Assembly (NCBI GenBank): GCA_963713605.1
Contig: CAVQMO010000010.1
Span: forward strand, 32,001 to 96,000
Direction: 5' to 3'
DNA length: 64,000 nt
From: an uncultured Nitrososphaerales archaeon
GTDB taxonomy: Archaea > Thermoproteota > Nitrososphaeria > Nitrososphaerales > Nitrososphaeraceae
The translations under genes were made by a program, and so were the position numbers. Below, piece after piece: positions 1-11,479 of this stretch. The stretch's first letter is position 1. Each line of letters starts with the position of its first letter. The notes under the pieces were generated by a model. The model was not told the DNA's origin. It did no database searches and saw only the letters and a list, made by a program, of their open reading frames with translations.

Positions 1-241
1 GTATCTGATGATCAAGCTTTCAAGGAATGTAACTTCGATATCAAGAAAGAGTATAGCTGATTTCATTAATTCTGTATATACAGATGTTTATGACTATAGA
101 AAGACTGATTTGCTTCGGAGGACTATCACTAACTTGCCCGATGTCATTGACAGTAAGGAACTGAAATACGGGATTTAAAAAATAAAAACAACATTTAAGA
201 TCCTTCGGAGATGAAGTTATTCGATATACAGTATTACAAAA

Positions 242-661
242 TTGGAAGGTTCGTTTGCTAGGCATTACCAGAGACAGATCTCAATTAAATGGAAACCCCT
301 TTCATGGTTTGTGAAAGGACAAAGATTAGCACTTCCCAACTTCATGTCAGATTAATTAATTCCAATAGACCAGAGAAGATGCTTCATGATTGGGAAGAAG
401 GTACTGTCGAAGCCGAACATATCTTCAGAATCTTAACAGTTGAGAATTAAAAGTTACTGGATCCTTTTGTCGGGGCAGGTAGTACTGCTATAGGCTCCAA
501 TAAATCTAAATCGAAAGCTAATTGGGATTGATATAGACCCTAGTTTTTCGATCTCTTTAAGGATAAATATTCAGAAATCTAGGAATACCCTACGAGAAAA
601 TGGAAAGTCAGATGATATCTATCTCTCAACTATAGAACAGTCTAAAATAGAGCAAAATTAG
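242..661 (+). pseudogene. C-terminal part of an N4/N6 DNA methyltransferase, disrupted
   Basis: Manual translation across stops and shifts gives KWKPLSWFVKG...HDWEEGTVEAEHIFRILT...LLDPFVGAGSTAI...NRKLIGIDID, containing SAM-binding motif I (DPFxGxGST). Confidence 0.7.
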
Positions 662-663
662 AA

Positions 664-861
664 ATGAAAATAGAGATAGATTTAGATGTAGAAGGCAGCG
701 ATGCATTTGAAGAGATTTGCAAAGAATCAAATAAAACACCTTCAGAGATTTTTAACAGTTTTATCAAAGCCTTGCATAATGCTTGGCCAAAATGTGTGGA
801 CTTATGCTGCGATTACAGTATACCTGGTATTAGGTCCTATCCCATGTCTTGTGATTTCTAA
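664..861 (+). CDS. small hypothetical protein, possibly RHH-like
   Basis: 65-aa ORF directly after the MTase; beta-strand then helix pattern (MKIEIDLD...FEEICKESNKTPSEIFNSFI). Confidence 0.35.
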   Translation: MKIEIDLDVEGSDAFEEICKESNKTPSEIFNSFIKALHNAWPKCVDLCCDYSIPGIRSYPMSCDF

Positions 862-980
862 CAAGCAGTGATTCTTGTTGATATTGGCTTTGATCTGTTG
901 GGCTAACAACTTTGGTGTTTCAAGGGATTTTTCTAGAAAAGTCAGAGGTAAATAAAAAAAGGAGACTCTTTTGTCCTTCT

Positions 981-1657
981 TTAATTTTCTCCGCCACCAC
1001 CGTCTCCGCCACCACCGTCTCCGCCACCACCGTCTCCGCCATCTTCATCCCCATTTCCAGGTTCAGGTTCAGGTTCAGGTTCAGGTTCAGGTTCAGGTTC
1101 AGGTTCAGGTTCAGGTTGTGGCTGTGGTTCAGGTTCAGGTTGTGGCTGTGGTTCAGGTTCAGGTTGTGGCTGTGGCTCTTCTGTTGGTGGTTCTGGTTTT
1201 ACTGGTGGTTGACCTGGACACGGATTAGCCCACTCTGGACCACACGGTAGATCCCTGGGACACATTGACTATTTTGTAATATTTCTCCTTCGCTGCATTC
1301 GTCGGGAGGGAGAGGAGGAGGGGGAATAACTGGCTCTACTGGTGGTCCTTTCTCAATACCAATTATAATTTGGTAAACTATCGCAATCGCAGTATATAAT
1401 TGATTTTCTGCATTCTGAGAAACGGTCTTAGCAGGTAACGGCTGACTTGGAATGACGCTAAGGGATACAACAATAAAGTATCCTCCTGTGAAGGGTAGAA
1501 CGTTAGTGCTACTAGACCTTAGCACCTTGGTTGTTCCGTTCTCAAATGTTATAATAGTAAGCGTAATTGGTCTAGGTTGTGTTGTGCTATCGGTTGAAGC
1601 ATAAGTCAACAGAGGAGGACTGAGTAAGAATAATAGTAAAAAGAAAAAGAACTTCAT
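981..1657 (-). CDS. secreted Pro/Glu-rich protein with Gly/Asp tail (one frameshift near 1250)
   Basis: Signal peptide [23 protein letters not shown] 1199-1657 joins ORF 981-1265 (PEPEPQ repeats, GGGGD tail). Confidence 0.65.
990..1175. repeat. coding microsatellites (CAGGTT)n, a 24-bp unit and a 15-bp CTCCGCCACCACCGT unit
   Basis: Visible tandem repeats encoding PE/PQ and GGGGD on the minus strand. Confidence 0.9.
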
Positions 1658-2653
1658 AGATAGACGTTCTAAGGCTAATATTTAAATAGATGCCTATACT
1701 ATTGCAATATCTAGAATACCTTCTTGAATACTAATATTAACAGAATAATTACGACTGCGATCCAGATCCATTTATTTTGAAAAATCCAACCAAAGTTATC
1801 AGCATACTTTGTAATACCCTTACCTACTACACAGAGATTCCCATAAAGATGCAAATACATTATTTCCTGAACAATCACTATCTTCAGGTCTGAGAATCCC
1901 CGATATTCCCTTTGGAGGACGTGGACCACTTTCAACTATTTTAGTTGGATTCTTTCTCTCCACTCCACAATGATCCAATAATGGCTTTACCTGAAGGTCT
2001 AAAACACGGCGTTTGGGTCTTCATCACGCCAACAGTTGTCACGGGCCTGTCCTGTCACAGCCTGCTCTTTTATGCTCGAGTTCTCCCTGCTTGAATTTGT
2101 CCTGCAGTTCTTGGTAATCAGTCCTAAACCATTCACTACTCTTTCATCGTAACGAGTGGGCTCAAACATTGTAATAGGTTGAGAAAGGTATATGGACCGA
2201 TCGCCTTCTAATGTACGACTGTCATATTCATCTGATGTTATGCTATGAAGGCGCATAACTTTGAGACTTTCAGTGTGCAGTAACGAAGCACTGCAAAACT
2301 GCTTATCTATAATCTTGCAAAATAAAAGATCTAGATAGTACAAGGATCAGCACCGCCATTTAACGGAACTGAAAAGAAACAGGCGGAGAGTATCAGTTAA
2401 TCAAAGTTGACTGCCTGCCAATCTCATCTTCACTTAATCTACCAGTCCTAACCAGCACAGCGCCATCCGATGTTGCCGTTAGTCGCTTGTTTTTTTATAG
2501 TGTGTTACCCAAGAGTTTGAAGCAATCATTTGAGGAATCAACGTAATTGCGTAGGTTGAATAAAGTCAGATCAAGATCCCCTAACACTCTCCTGCATATT
2601 TGTTTGAAAAAATACAGATAATAATAAAGGACACGATGTAGTTCTCCACAAAA

Positions 2654-3241
2654 ATGTTAAAGAGAGGATACATCATATTGCTAGTAGGCGCTCGTCTTGT
2701 TGTCATAGGAATAAGTTTAACAGCAGCATATGGCATAGGCATTGCGGTGTTATTCTAAATGAAAGCATTATCCTATCAGATGTTTTGGTCGATCCTTCCA
2801 ACTCTGTGAATCACACTCTCGACATAACCAATACAGAAAGACCAGTCTCAATAGCACTACATGTTGAGGCCATATAATAGTACAGATAATCCAGTTGTGG
2901 AACAGACAGTGATCAATCCCAATGGATTCATAGTAAATAAGAATGAATTTGGTGAAGACGGTCAAAGTGACATTTTTACTTCCTTTAGACCAGAGACAGA
3001 TGGAATCTATACACTTTCTCTCCATAATCTGGGCACTGACCAAGTCAAAATTGGAGGTATCTTTGGATACTTACCGATTACAGAAAATAGTGGTGAGATA
3101 AACTTGTCTACCGTTACTGGGTTATTAGCTGGAGCATGGGTATTTGTTATTGGAATAGGAACATTAGTAGGTGGGACGGTGATTACGGTTTTAGATAGAA
3201 GAGGAGACAGGAAGAGGCAATCTCTGGGTTTGACTAGATAA
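2654..3241 (+). CDS. membrane protein with N- and C-terminal TM helices (frameshifted)
   Basis: MLKRGYIILLVG... hydrophobic start; ORF 2861-3241 ends in TM helix LLAGAWVFVIGIGTLVGGTVITVL. Confidence 0.6.
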
Positions 3242-3919
3242 TGGTCAGTCAATAAAAAACCTGTAAATCTTATCACAATAAATGAATCCTCGGATCATTG
3301 TGATAAGATCTATTTTGGCACTACTGTAGATTCTGCTGCCAAGAGATCCCTCCCAACAGATTCAGCATCTTTCTTTAACTTGGCCATTTCTCTGTGGACA
3401 ATCTTATTCATCCCATTATAAATGACTTAGTAGGAAGAGATTCTGACATGTTAACTAGAGAGGTTGGCGCGAAATAGATGATACATTGATCACAAAGCCG
3501 ACAAAACTAGGTATACTCTTGTCCACACTTACATAGATATTTAGAATATACCAGAACAATGGATAACTATTTCCATTCAAAGTCCGATTTTATTTGCAGC
3601 TGACAGACGCATTTGGACTGCCCTCATAGTCTGACTTATGAACTTGCCTCATATACTATATTGTACGGTGTTTGTGTAGTACGTCTGAATCTGTCTCGGG
3701 ACCGAAGCGTATAGAGAGCTTCGTGCTTGCACATTATCAGATGCTTTAGGCATATATGTTGTATTAACAGTATCTATTGGTTATTCTTCGTTATGTGAAA
3801 TAGAACCTCTGGTTAAATCTCGGATATCTTCGGTAAGACCTCTTCTAATGAATGAATATTTACATAGAGGTTTTTGCAGGCAAATGGACGACTTGACTCT
3901 TAATGTAGTGACTCTATTC

Positions 3920-4393
3920 CTATCTTGAACTAATTGCTGCTGCTGCTCCTGCTGCTGCTGCTGCCACAATCGTTTCATCAGTGTGCTTTTTACCTGGGTG
4001 CTGAACGATGATCTCCCTGATTTCATCGTTGTCTATAAGCAATTTCATAAGCTTATCGAGCTCTTCTTGTAAAAGAGCTTTTGAATCCATTTCTATAGAA
4101 TCGATTGCACTAAGCTTCCACTGATTGCTTACACCCTTTCCTATCAAGGTTTGTGCCTTGTACACAACCTGTCCAAATGAAGTTACGCTATACATTCCAT
4201 TCTTTTTCCTTATTAGTCCTGCAGCTAGCATACTGAACATTCTAGAATAATACTGTCGTCTAGTTAATCCCAGCTTCGTCATGGCGCTATAAGGATGCAG
4301 CTCTTGATGAGCTATCATCTCAAATAAGATTAACGTTTTACCGTCGGAGAGTGCTTTTAGAGATTTTTCCACTGTAACCGACCGTTCAGCCAT
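3920..4393 (-). CDS. winged-helix transcriptional regulator
   Basis: LKALSDGKTLILF...LGLTRRQYYSRMFSMLAAGLIRKKNGMYSVTSFG, ArsR-like wHTH pattern. Confidence 0.75.
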   Translation of the reverse strand: MAERSVTVEKSLKALSDGKTLILFEMIAHQELHPYSAMTKLGLTRRQYYSRMFSMLAAGLIRKKNGMYSVTSFGQVVYKAQTLIGKGVSNQWKLSAIDSIEMDSKALLQEELDKLMKLLIDNDEIREIIVQHPGKKHTDETIVAAAAAGAAAAISSR

Positions 4394-5359
4394 TACATTT
4401 ACATGTTAGCAACTAAGGAGTTAATACTTGCAAGATACGGTGAAACTATTTTTACCATCAGTGAGCTAAATGCATCCTTTTTTCCAAAAAATGATTTCAA
4501 GTTGTGCTCTTCACGTATTTATGACTGATTTCCCAAATCACAGGAATTGTATATCTTTCAGCAACAAGACGGCATGGATTTATCATTGAATAATCTAAAT
4601 TAATCGCGTCAATATCCTTAAGTGAAAGACTTTACCGATTAGACCTAGGTACTTTAAGTTATACTCTCTCTCAAACGATGGAGATGCTTTCGCGGCTAGG
4701 ATCTCGGCTTCCGTATAGATCTTGTTTACTCCGTAAGTATAATCCAGAAACAGACGACGATACAGACGTGTAGACTCTGCCTCTCCCTACTCTTTCAAAC
4801 GGCCCTAGGTGCATTGAGTTGAAAACATCCCTATCACAGGTTAGACTTTGCAATACATCTCTCACTAACCTTGGGTCCTGTGCCAGGTGATGGTGATAAC
4901 GAGACTCCGCGCCAAGGAATAGGCAACCAGGATCAGGGGCATCCAGCGGCTCACGGAGCGTTCAACAGTCAATTTGACGATGACAAAGCTGAGAACGTAG
5001 AAGAAAACTGCTTGACGACAAGAAGACAAGAAGAGGGTTGTCCTATGCGGGCACCCATCTATTTTCTTAATGTAAATAAGCTGTTTCCAGTCATAAGACT
5101 TTCAAGAAGGCAGCCGACAAGATATATTCTATGACCCCTTTACCATCAAAGGTATCGGTAGAGTAAATATCTGAAGAAAGGTTATTGCCAGAAAGCTGTC
5201 AGTTCCTCTACTCTAGCATCTCGTTACAATGAGCAAGCACGTTCTTATGCTCTGCGAGAATGAACAGACCTACTTGTGCCTGTTTGCAGTCGCTGTTTGT
5301 TGAGTTTCAATAACAGTGGACATCGGATGTTTTTATACATCATTTATTCAATATAATGC

Positions 5360-6184
5360 ATGTCTACCCCCGCTCCAATTCAAAAGGTGGTATCTACTGA
5401 AGGTGCCAAGATTTATTGCGAATATAGGGGCAGGGGTCCACTCCTGCTGTTGATTACCGGTGTCATGGAAGATGCTGGCTTCTACTCTGCTGCAGCTGAC
5501 ATACTTGCCGAGAAGTATACCGTTGTGTCCTATGATAGGCGATGTAACTCTCGCAGCTCCGGAGATCGAAGCACTGACATGACAGTCGCCCAACAAGCTC
5601 GCGATGCTGGCGTCTATCATCAAAGCACTGGGGGCAGACAGGGCTATTGTACTTGGGAGGAGCGGAGGTGCCATTATAGGCCTCGAACTTGCTGCAACCA
5701 AGCCGGAGATAATTGACTTTTTAATAGTCCATGAGGCTCCAGTGATCAGCTTTTAACTAAATCAGATGCAAAAAGGTGGCGCACATTTGTTGATGAGATT
5801 TATAGAAAGAGCCAGAGTGAAGGATGGCAGGCTGCGCAAACTGAATTCATGGCATCTCTGATAAATGTCCCTGATACTCCGTATCCTCCGGATCTCAATG
5901 AACGGATCTCTGGCAACGTAGATTTCTTCTTCAAACATGAATTCAGAGCTTTCTTTGCGTATACACCCAATATTGAGAGGATCAGAAACAACGGAGTAAA
6001 AATGGTAACAGCTATAGGAAATGATAGCGATAATGCGTATTATGTCCAGACAACCAGGGCCCTAGCGGATAAGCTTGGGTGCGATAACGTTGAGTTCCCA
6101 GGTCATCATGATGTATCATTTTGGATGCCCGAGGAATTCGCTAGCGTAGTTCGAAGTACGTTAGAACGGTTCTATATGTCCTAG
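5360..6184 (+). CDS. alpha/beta hydrolase (frameshifted)
   Basis: GPLLLLITG, VVSYDRR, nucleophile elbow GRSGG in the shifted frame, C-terminal FPGHH. Confidence 0.85.
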
Positions 6185-6332
6185 TGCCAGAACCGCAAGG
6201 ACATCCAAAAAGCTGGTTACTCTGATGCAATATAGTCAGAGATTCTTTGGTTTTCAGTGACTGCTGGTAGGGCGATTCAGTGGCCATGTGCTACCGATAT
6301 ACTTTTCTAGAATGTGGTATAAATAGAGACAA

Positions 6333-6629
6333 ATGAGTAGCCAGGTTATTGGTTATATTATCATAATAATACTTCTTGCTACAATCATATTCCAACAGCA
6401 GTTGACAGTAGCTAGTCCTAAAGACGGTAAAGATAATCAGACTATCAAATCTCAATCAGTAATTCCTGAATCTCCCGCCAATAGCAACACAAGTGAACCT
6501 AGTTCAGAAGCAACACCAATACCCGAAGAACAACCGGATGACGATGTCGTCAATTGCGCAGCTCTAGGATGTCCTGGTAATCCTCCTAATCCTCATGGGC
6601 CACCCACTGAAGAACAGAAGAATGAGTGA
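6333..6629 (+). CDS. small secreted low-complexity protein
   Basis: Hydrophobic N-terminus, then Pro/Glu/Ser-rich body with CAALGC. Confidence 0.55.
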   Translation: MSSQVIGYIIIIILLATIIFQQQLTVASPKDGKDNQTIKSQSVIPESPANSNTSEPSSEATPIPEEQPDDDVVNCAALGCPGNPPNPHGPPTEEQKNE

Positions 6630-7163
6630 AGGGAGGATAACAATGATCAGCATGAGGATCCTGAATCTATAGCTAGCCAATCTAATTCCGTCTCCTAACG
6701 ATAATCACTCCACACCCTAAATGTTTCCTTGTAGTACCGAGTTTAGATCCTTCGACGTCCGTGGATCACTGTTCTTTAGCACAACGTCAACCGGTGGAGG
6801 AAAGCTATCATAATCTAGTTGGTGTTTTTGAATACGAAGTTGATGAACAAGGGAACTGCTCGTCTAAAGTATGGGAATGGAAGTAATAGAAATACTTCAG
6901 TCCTACATCTTTATTTCAACTTGACTTCCTAGAAGCAGCATGAAAACCTTTGGTAGAAATGGACTCCGTGTTATGATAGCGTAAGGATCTTGATTATTTT
7001 AAGTGGGACATTTCCCTTCGGTCTTTTAAGTTGGCTACGTATTGCAAGGATATTCCATACTGTCATAAAGGCGCAATATTGAGTCGGTTATGGTGGGACG
7101 GTCGCTAGAACAAGCATGACTTATATTGTATATATTAAAATTTTATTTGACACATTTAATCAC

Positions 7164-7680
7164 TTACTTTATCTTTGATCTCTTGATCTTTTCCTGCAGT
7201 AACATAGTCCCCTGTATCAATGTTTCAGGACGTGGAGGGCAGCCAGGGACATATACATCGACTGGAATGATTCCATCTACACCTGGTAGTACATTATAAG
7301 AATCTATGTATAAGCCACCCGTGATAGCACACGCACCCATTGCTATAACATATTTAGGCTCAGGCATTTGATCATACACCATCCGTAATCTAGGTGCCAT
7401 CTTTCTTGTCACAGTTCCCTGTACTACTATCAAGTCACATTGTCTAAGTGAGCCAAAAGCTTCAATAATGCCAAATCTTTCAACGTCATATCTTGGACCT
7501 GAAGCGAGCTCCAAATTCAACACTGCAACAGGCCGTCTCCAAATGGACTGGCCAGAGGGACCACACTCTACCCCAATTTATAGCGTACCCCAATGGTTTG
7601 TCGATAGCCTTCACTAGCACGTCTCCAAGTCGGCTTACCATGAGATTAAAGTTAGAAGGGTTGAGCAGTTCCGTTTTCAT
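7164..7680 (-). CDS. nuoB: NADH-quinone oxidoreductase subunit B (one frameshift near 7500)
   Basis: [58 protein letters not shown]. Confidence 0.95.
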
Positions 7681-8270
7681 ATGGGCTATAATATCACTTT
7701 CTTCCAGTACAATTACTCAGGAATCATATTTAATAATTGAGGTCTCATATCATACTTTCAGTGTTAGCTATCTCTCTTCCCTGAAAAAAATAGACCTGTA
7801 TTTGAACTAAGTATGCGGGGAGTATATCAATTTCATATAGGATATGTCTATCCTTGTTGTAAATGTCCTCTTCTAACTAACAGTTGCTTCCTCCCGCCTA
7901 CCTTTTGTTAAATTACACGTTTAAGACACGGCAAAGTGAGCGTGGCTTCTGTCGTTTTTTTTTGAAAATTTGTTTTGAAAAATAATAGTTTCAGTTTTCG
8001 CACACTCTTTTCCTAGTGTGTGGATGGGATTTATGAATAGTCCTTATGATATTGAGAAAAGATAAACAAGTAAGATTGTGAAACGGAAAGGGGGATCTCA
8101 GAGTCTGGACTAGATAGGGCCCTCAATTTTTCCTGAATCAATTCTATCAAATGTTGATATAGTGAAGAAGATTTCTGAATTGGAAAGCAGAGTTTCAGCA
8201 TTGGAGAACGCTACCAAATAGAATAGGCTAATCAGTAGATAGGATCCTCCACTAACTTTTTTTTACATGA

Positions 8271-8677
8271 ATGGTAATCCATTCAGCTATTGGAATAACT
8301 ATGATACTAGCATCAAGTGTATTTTGTATATCCCTACTTCAATACTCGTATTCGCAAATTAGGACAAATAATAATGAAGAACTGTGGACTGACTCAGATC
8401 ATGACTTGAAGATTAGCTTTGTGTATGAACCAAAAGCCCCTTTAGTCGATAAACCTACTGAGCTAAAATTCAAAGTCACAAAGAATTAGGTACAGGAGAC
8501 TATCTAAGAAATCTTGAAGCGAATGTCTTAGTAACGGACAATATTAGTGGACAGTTTAGAGATTTCAGATTCACCAACGTCAGTGCTCCGGACGGACAAT
8601 TCTCTGTAGAATATTTATTCCCAGATACTGGGCTATTTGAAATCATTGTAGGAATAAGCTCCACCCGATGCTCCTGA
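8271..8677 (+). pseudogene. secreted Ig/YtkA-like protein, frameshifted or truncated
   Basis: Signal peptide; ISFVYEPKAPLVDKPTELKFKV continuing in another frame as DGQFSVEYLFPDTGLFEII. Confidence 0.45.
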
Positions 8678-9003
8678 TGCTCAAGCATTGGCAAGCTTTT
8701 GATGTTATTATTTCAAAGAAATAGTCATACTGTTTTATGATAGGCGTGATATGGCTATTATGCAATATTTTTAGAACATTCGTTGAATGAACTATAATCT
8801 ATCACAATAACTTGGCATATCATCTAAAACCAAATAGTCAAACGTGACTCCTCAATCATTAGAAAGTCCATGACATTCAATGGCGAGTCAGCCCTATATT
8901 GAACGTTGGAGAAAGATGAGTTTATCCATGTCATGTTCACGTTATTTTTAGCATCTAGAGAAATATCAAAGAAATTCTTAGATCCAGCAACGAGATCAAT
9001 ATT

Positions 9004-9386
9004 TCATGGTAAAAATCGTGGAAGATTTAGCGATTTATCTACGATACCTGCCCATCTTAGGATTTCAGTAGGAGTCGGTTCCAATTTTCGCTGTCTGTAG
9101 TAATCTCTGAACGAGTCCCATAGGTGAGAAGCTTTATAGAGATGGTCTTTTGTATAAAGCCCCTGCAAATTGGCAAGACGATTAGGATCTGCCAATGGAA
9201 ACTTCTTCCTCCACTCTAGAGGTATTCTATGATGTACCTCGATAATTTTTCCTTTCAATCTAGGATAGGCTTTGAAAAAGATTCCCCGTGCCTCCCGTCT
9301 CAAAGCATCGCCGGACCACGCATATTTTGGAGTTAAACTCTCGTTTCAGCTAAAAAATACTCAGACAGAAATCGCCCCGTACTCAT
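9004..9386 (-). CDS. small stand-alone HNH-type nuclease (true start probably ATG 9386, one frameshift)
   Basis: EVHHRIPLEW...DPNRLANLQGLYTKDH matches the HNH H-H...N...H spacing. Confidence 0.65.
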
Positions 9387-10264
9387 GATTTGTGTTTGTA
9401 AAATCTAGTATTTCAATTAATTGGTTCTATGCCAGGTAGTTATCCAAAATTTTGAGGTACCGAAAAAATCCTTTATATATGCCTCTAGAAATAACTCAAA
9501 ATAGTTCTGTTCTTTCTTACAGTAATTACTAATTAAATATCATATCCGAAATTACTTAAAAATTTGATGGGACAAATTGAAAAGTGATTTTCTCTGGTTA
9601 ACCTGCTAAACTGATGTGTTATTGAAGTCAGGCTGATTGATGACGTATATTCCGAGGTACTTTTTAATATATTGAAGTACTCATAGTAAATGGCTGATCG
9701 ATTGATCGCTCTTATTAAACTTTTTATGATACTATTCATTACAAATATACCCTTTTTAGATGCTTAGCCATAGATAAGTTGTTTTTAAACATACTACACT
9801 ACCCTTTTCTTAAGATCCTTTGGAAAGGAAGGTCTTTCGTTTATATAAATATAGAAGGAAATCTAGAAATTCACTATTACCACTATCGGAGTGGTCTGTC
9901 TTGAAAAATTTTACTGCAATCACAAATCTGAAGAAAATATCACTCTTAACAGTTATTGTTTTGTAACCTTTGCGGGGCAATCATTTATTCATCCCTCTGC
10001 GTAGTAATAGACGTTTTTGGTTACATTATGAAATATCCTGATGAAACCGAAATAACTTTGTGAATGCTAAGAAATCAGAATAAGATGTTATATGCTCTGG
10101 TATGAAATTTGCTAATCAACCCTAAAAGGGGAGAAATAAGGTAATAGATCTCCACATATAGATTTATATGCCATTATTTTACCAATCCGACTCAAAAGCT
10201 TTATCTTTTGTCCCGTACATCAAAAATGGCATGTGGTCACGATTGAAGAAACAAATGAGGTGTC

Positions 10265-11161
10265 ATGGATAAATATCTGAGATAATTTCATGCACGGCCT
10301 CATTATCTGGAATCATTGATGACTTAGAGGTAAGCAGGATCATGCACCCTAAGGAACAACTTCGTACAGATATGCATCAAATACCAGAACTTGCATCTTC
10401 AATAAGACAAAAGGGCCTATTACAACCCATCATAGTACCAATAAAAGACGACCACTTCGAAATTGTGGCAGGTAATCGAAGATATGAGGCTTGTAAAAGC
10501 CTAGGTTGGAGAAAGATCACGTGTCATATTGAAGAGCTTGATGATAGAGAAGCGTTCGAAATAGCCTTGATGGAAAATATTCAAAGAAGTACATTGAATC
10601 CTGTGGATGAGGCAAAGGCTTTTCAGTCTTACGTTTCCAACTTCGGCTGGGGCGGAGTAACAGACTTAGCTTCAAAAATAGGAAAAAGCGTCAGTTATGT
10701 GACCAAGCGAATAGCATTATTGACGCTTCCTCCGGATGTCATTAGTTCAATTCGCGAATATGCAATGTCAAGCGAGCATGGGGGAAGAATTATGTTCTGT
10801 AAAAGACAATAACACACGATCAGAACTTGCATTTTTGATATCTAGGAGACATCTATCAGTAAGAAAAGTCAGACAAATAGTAGAAGATTTAGAAAAGGAT
10901 GTTAAACATAGTTCTAATTTCACCCTTTCAAAAAGTGATGACAAGCACAATAGCCAAACCCAAAGATCCCTTGATAAATCCATAATAGTACTACGAATTG
11001 CGTTAAATAGAATTGCAATGATTATAGAAGATGTTAAGGATGATTATTGGGTAACGGGTGAAATTTTATTGCAACACAAGAATGTGCTGCATGGTCAGAT
11101 AGATATTCTTATGAAAGAAAGGAGAAAGACGAATGAAAGACTAGAGAGAATACTAAGGTAA
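10265..11161 (+). CDS. parB: ParB/RepB/Spo0J family protein (frameshifted)
   Basis: LASSIRQKGLLQPIIV, IVAGNRRYEA (GxRR), ENIQRSTLNPVDEA, HTH LASKIGKSVSYVTKRIALL. Confidence 0.9.
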
Positions 11162-11171
11162 AGCCAAAAAC

Positions 11172-11187
11172 TTTTCGACGTCGAAAA
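11172..11187. promoter_or_regulatory. perfect 16-bp palindrome TTTTCGACGTCGAAAA (candidate ParB-binding site)
   Basis: Seen directly 10 bp after the parB stop; extends to 11167-11192 with one mismatch; function inferred. Confidence 0.45.
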
Positions 11188-11479
11188 ATTTTGACCTACT
11201 TTATGAAGCTAAAGTCACTGACAAAATACTTTTCTTGGTCAAACCCGCGATTGGTACTTCATTGGTAAGTATTATGATAAAGAAAATTCTAAGTAGGAAT
11301 CTATCACATTTAAATAGCAATTTTGTGGACGTTGTAACTATAATTAAGAAGGTCTGTGATATATCCTCACTTTTCCATTGTTTAAGGGTATATCCATGTT
11401 ACTTAATAAAGAACAGAAGTAAGTAATTTGTTATTAATAGTACGAGAACAGTTAAGTAACTATGTAAAGAAGTTATCCA

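Noticed and set aside
912..1250. Plus-strand FRFRFR and VQVQVQ ORFs
   Set aside because: Antisense readings of the PE repeat; the minus strand has the signal peptide
1711..2343. Minus-strand ORFs 1711-1935 and 1999-2343
   Set aside because: No recognisable motif; cannot support a call
3267..3309. 13-bp inverted repeat ATCTTATCACAAT / ATTGTGATAAGAT
   Set aside because: Real, but a single copy between convergent genes; likely terminator-like, with no evidence for more
3935..3964. (GCT)n triplet repeat and poly-Q ORF 3781-4026
   Set aside because: Simply encodes the poly-Ala tail of the wHTH gene
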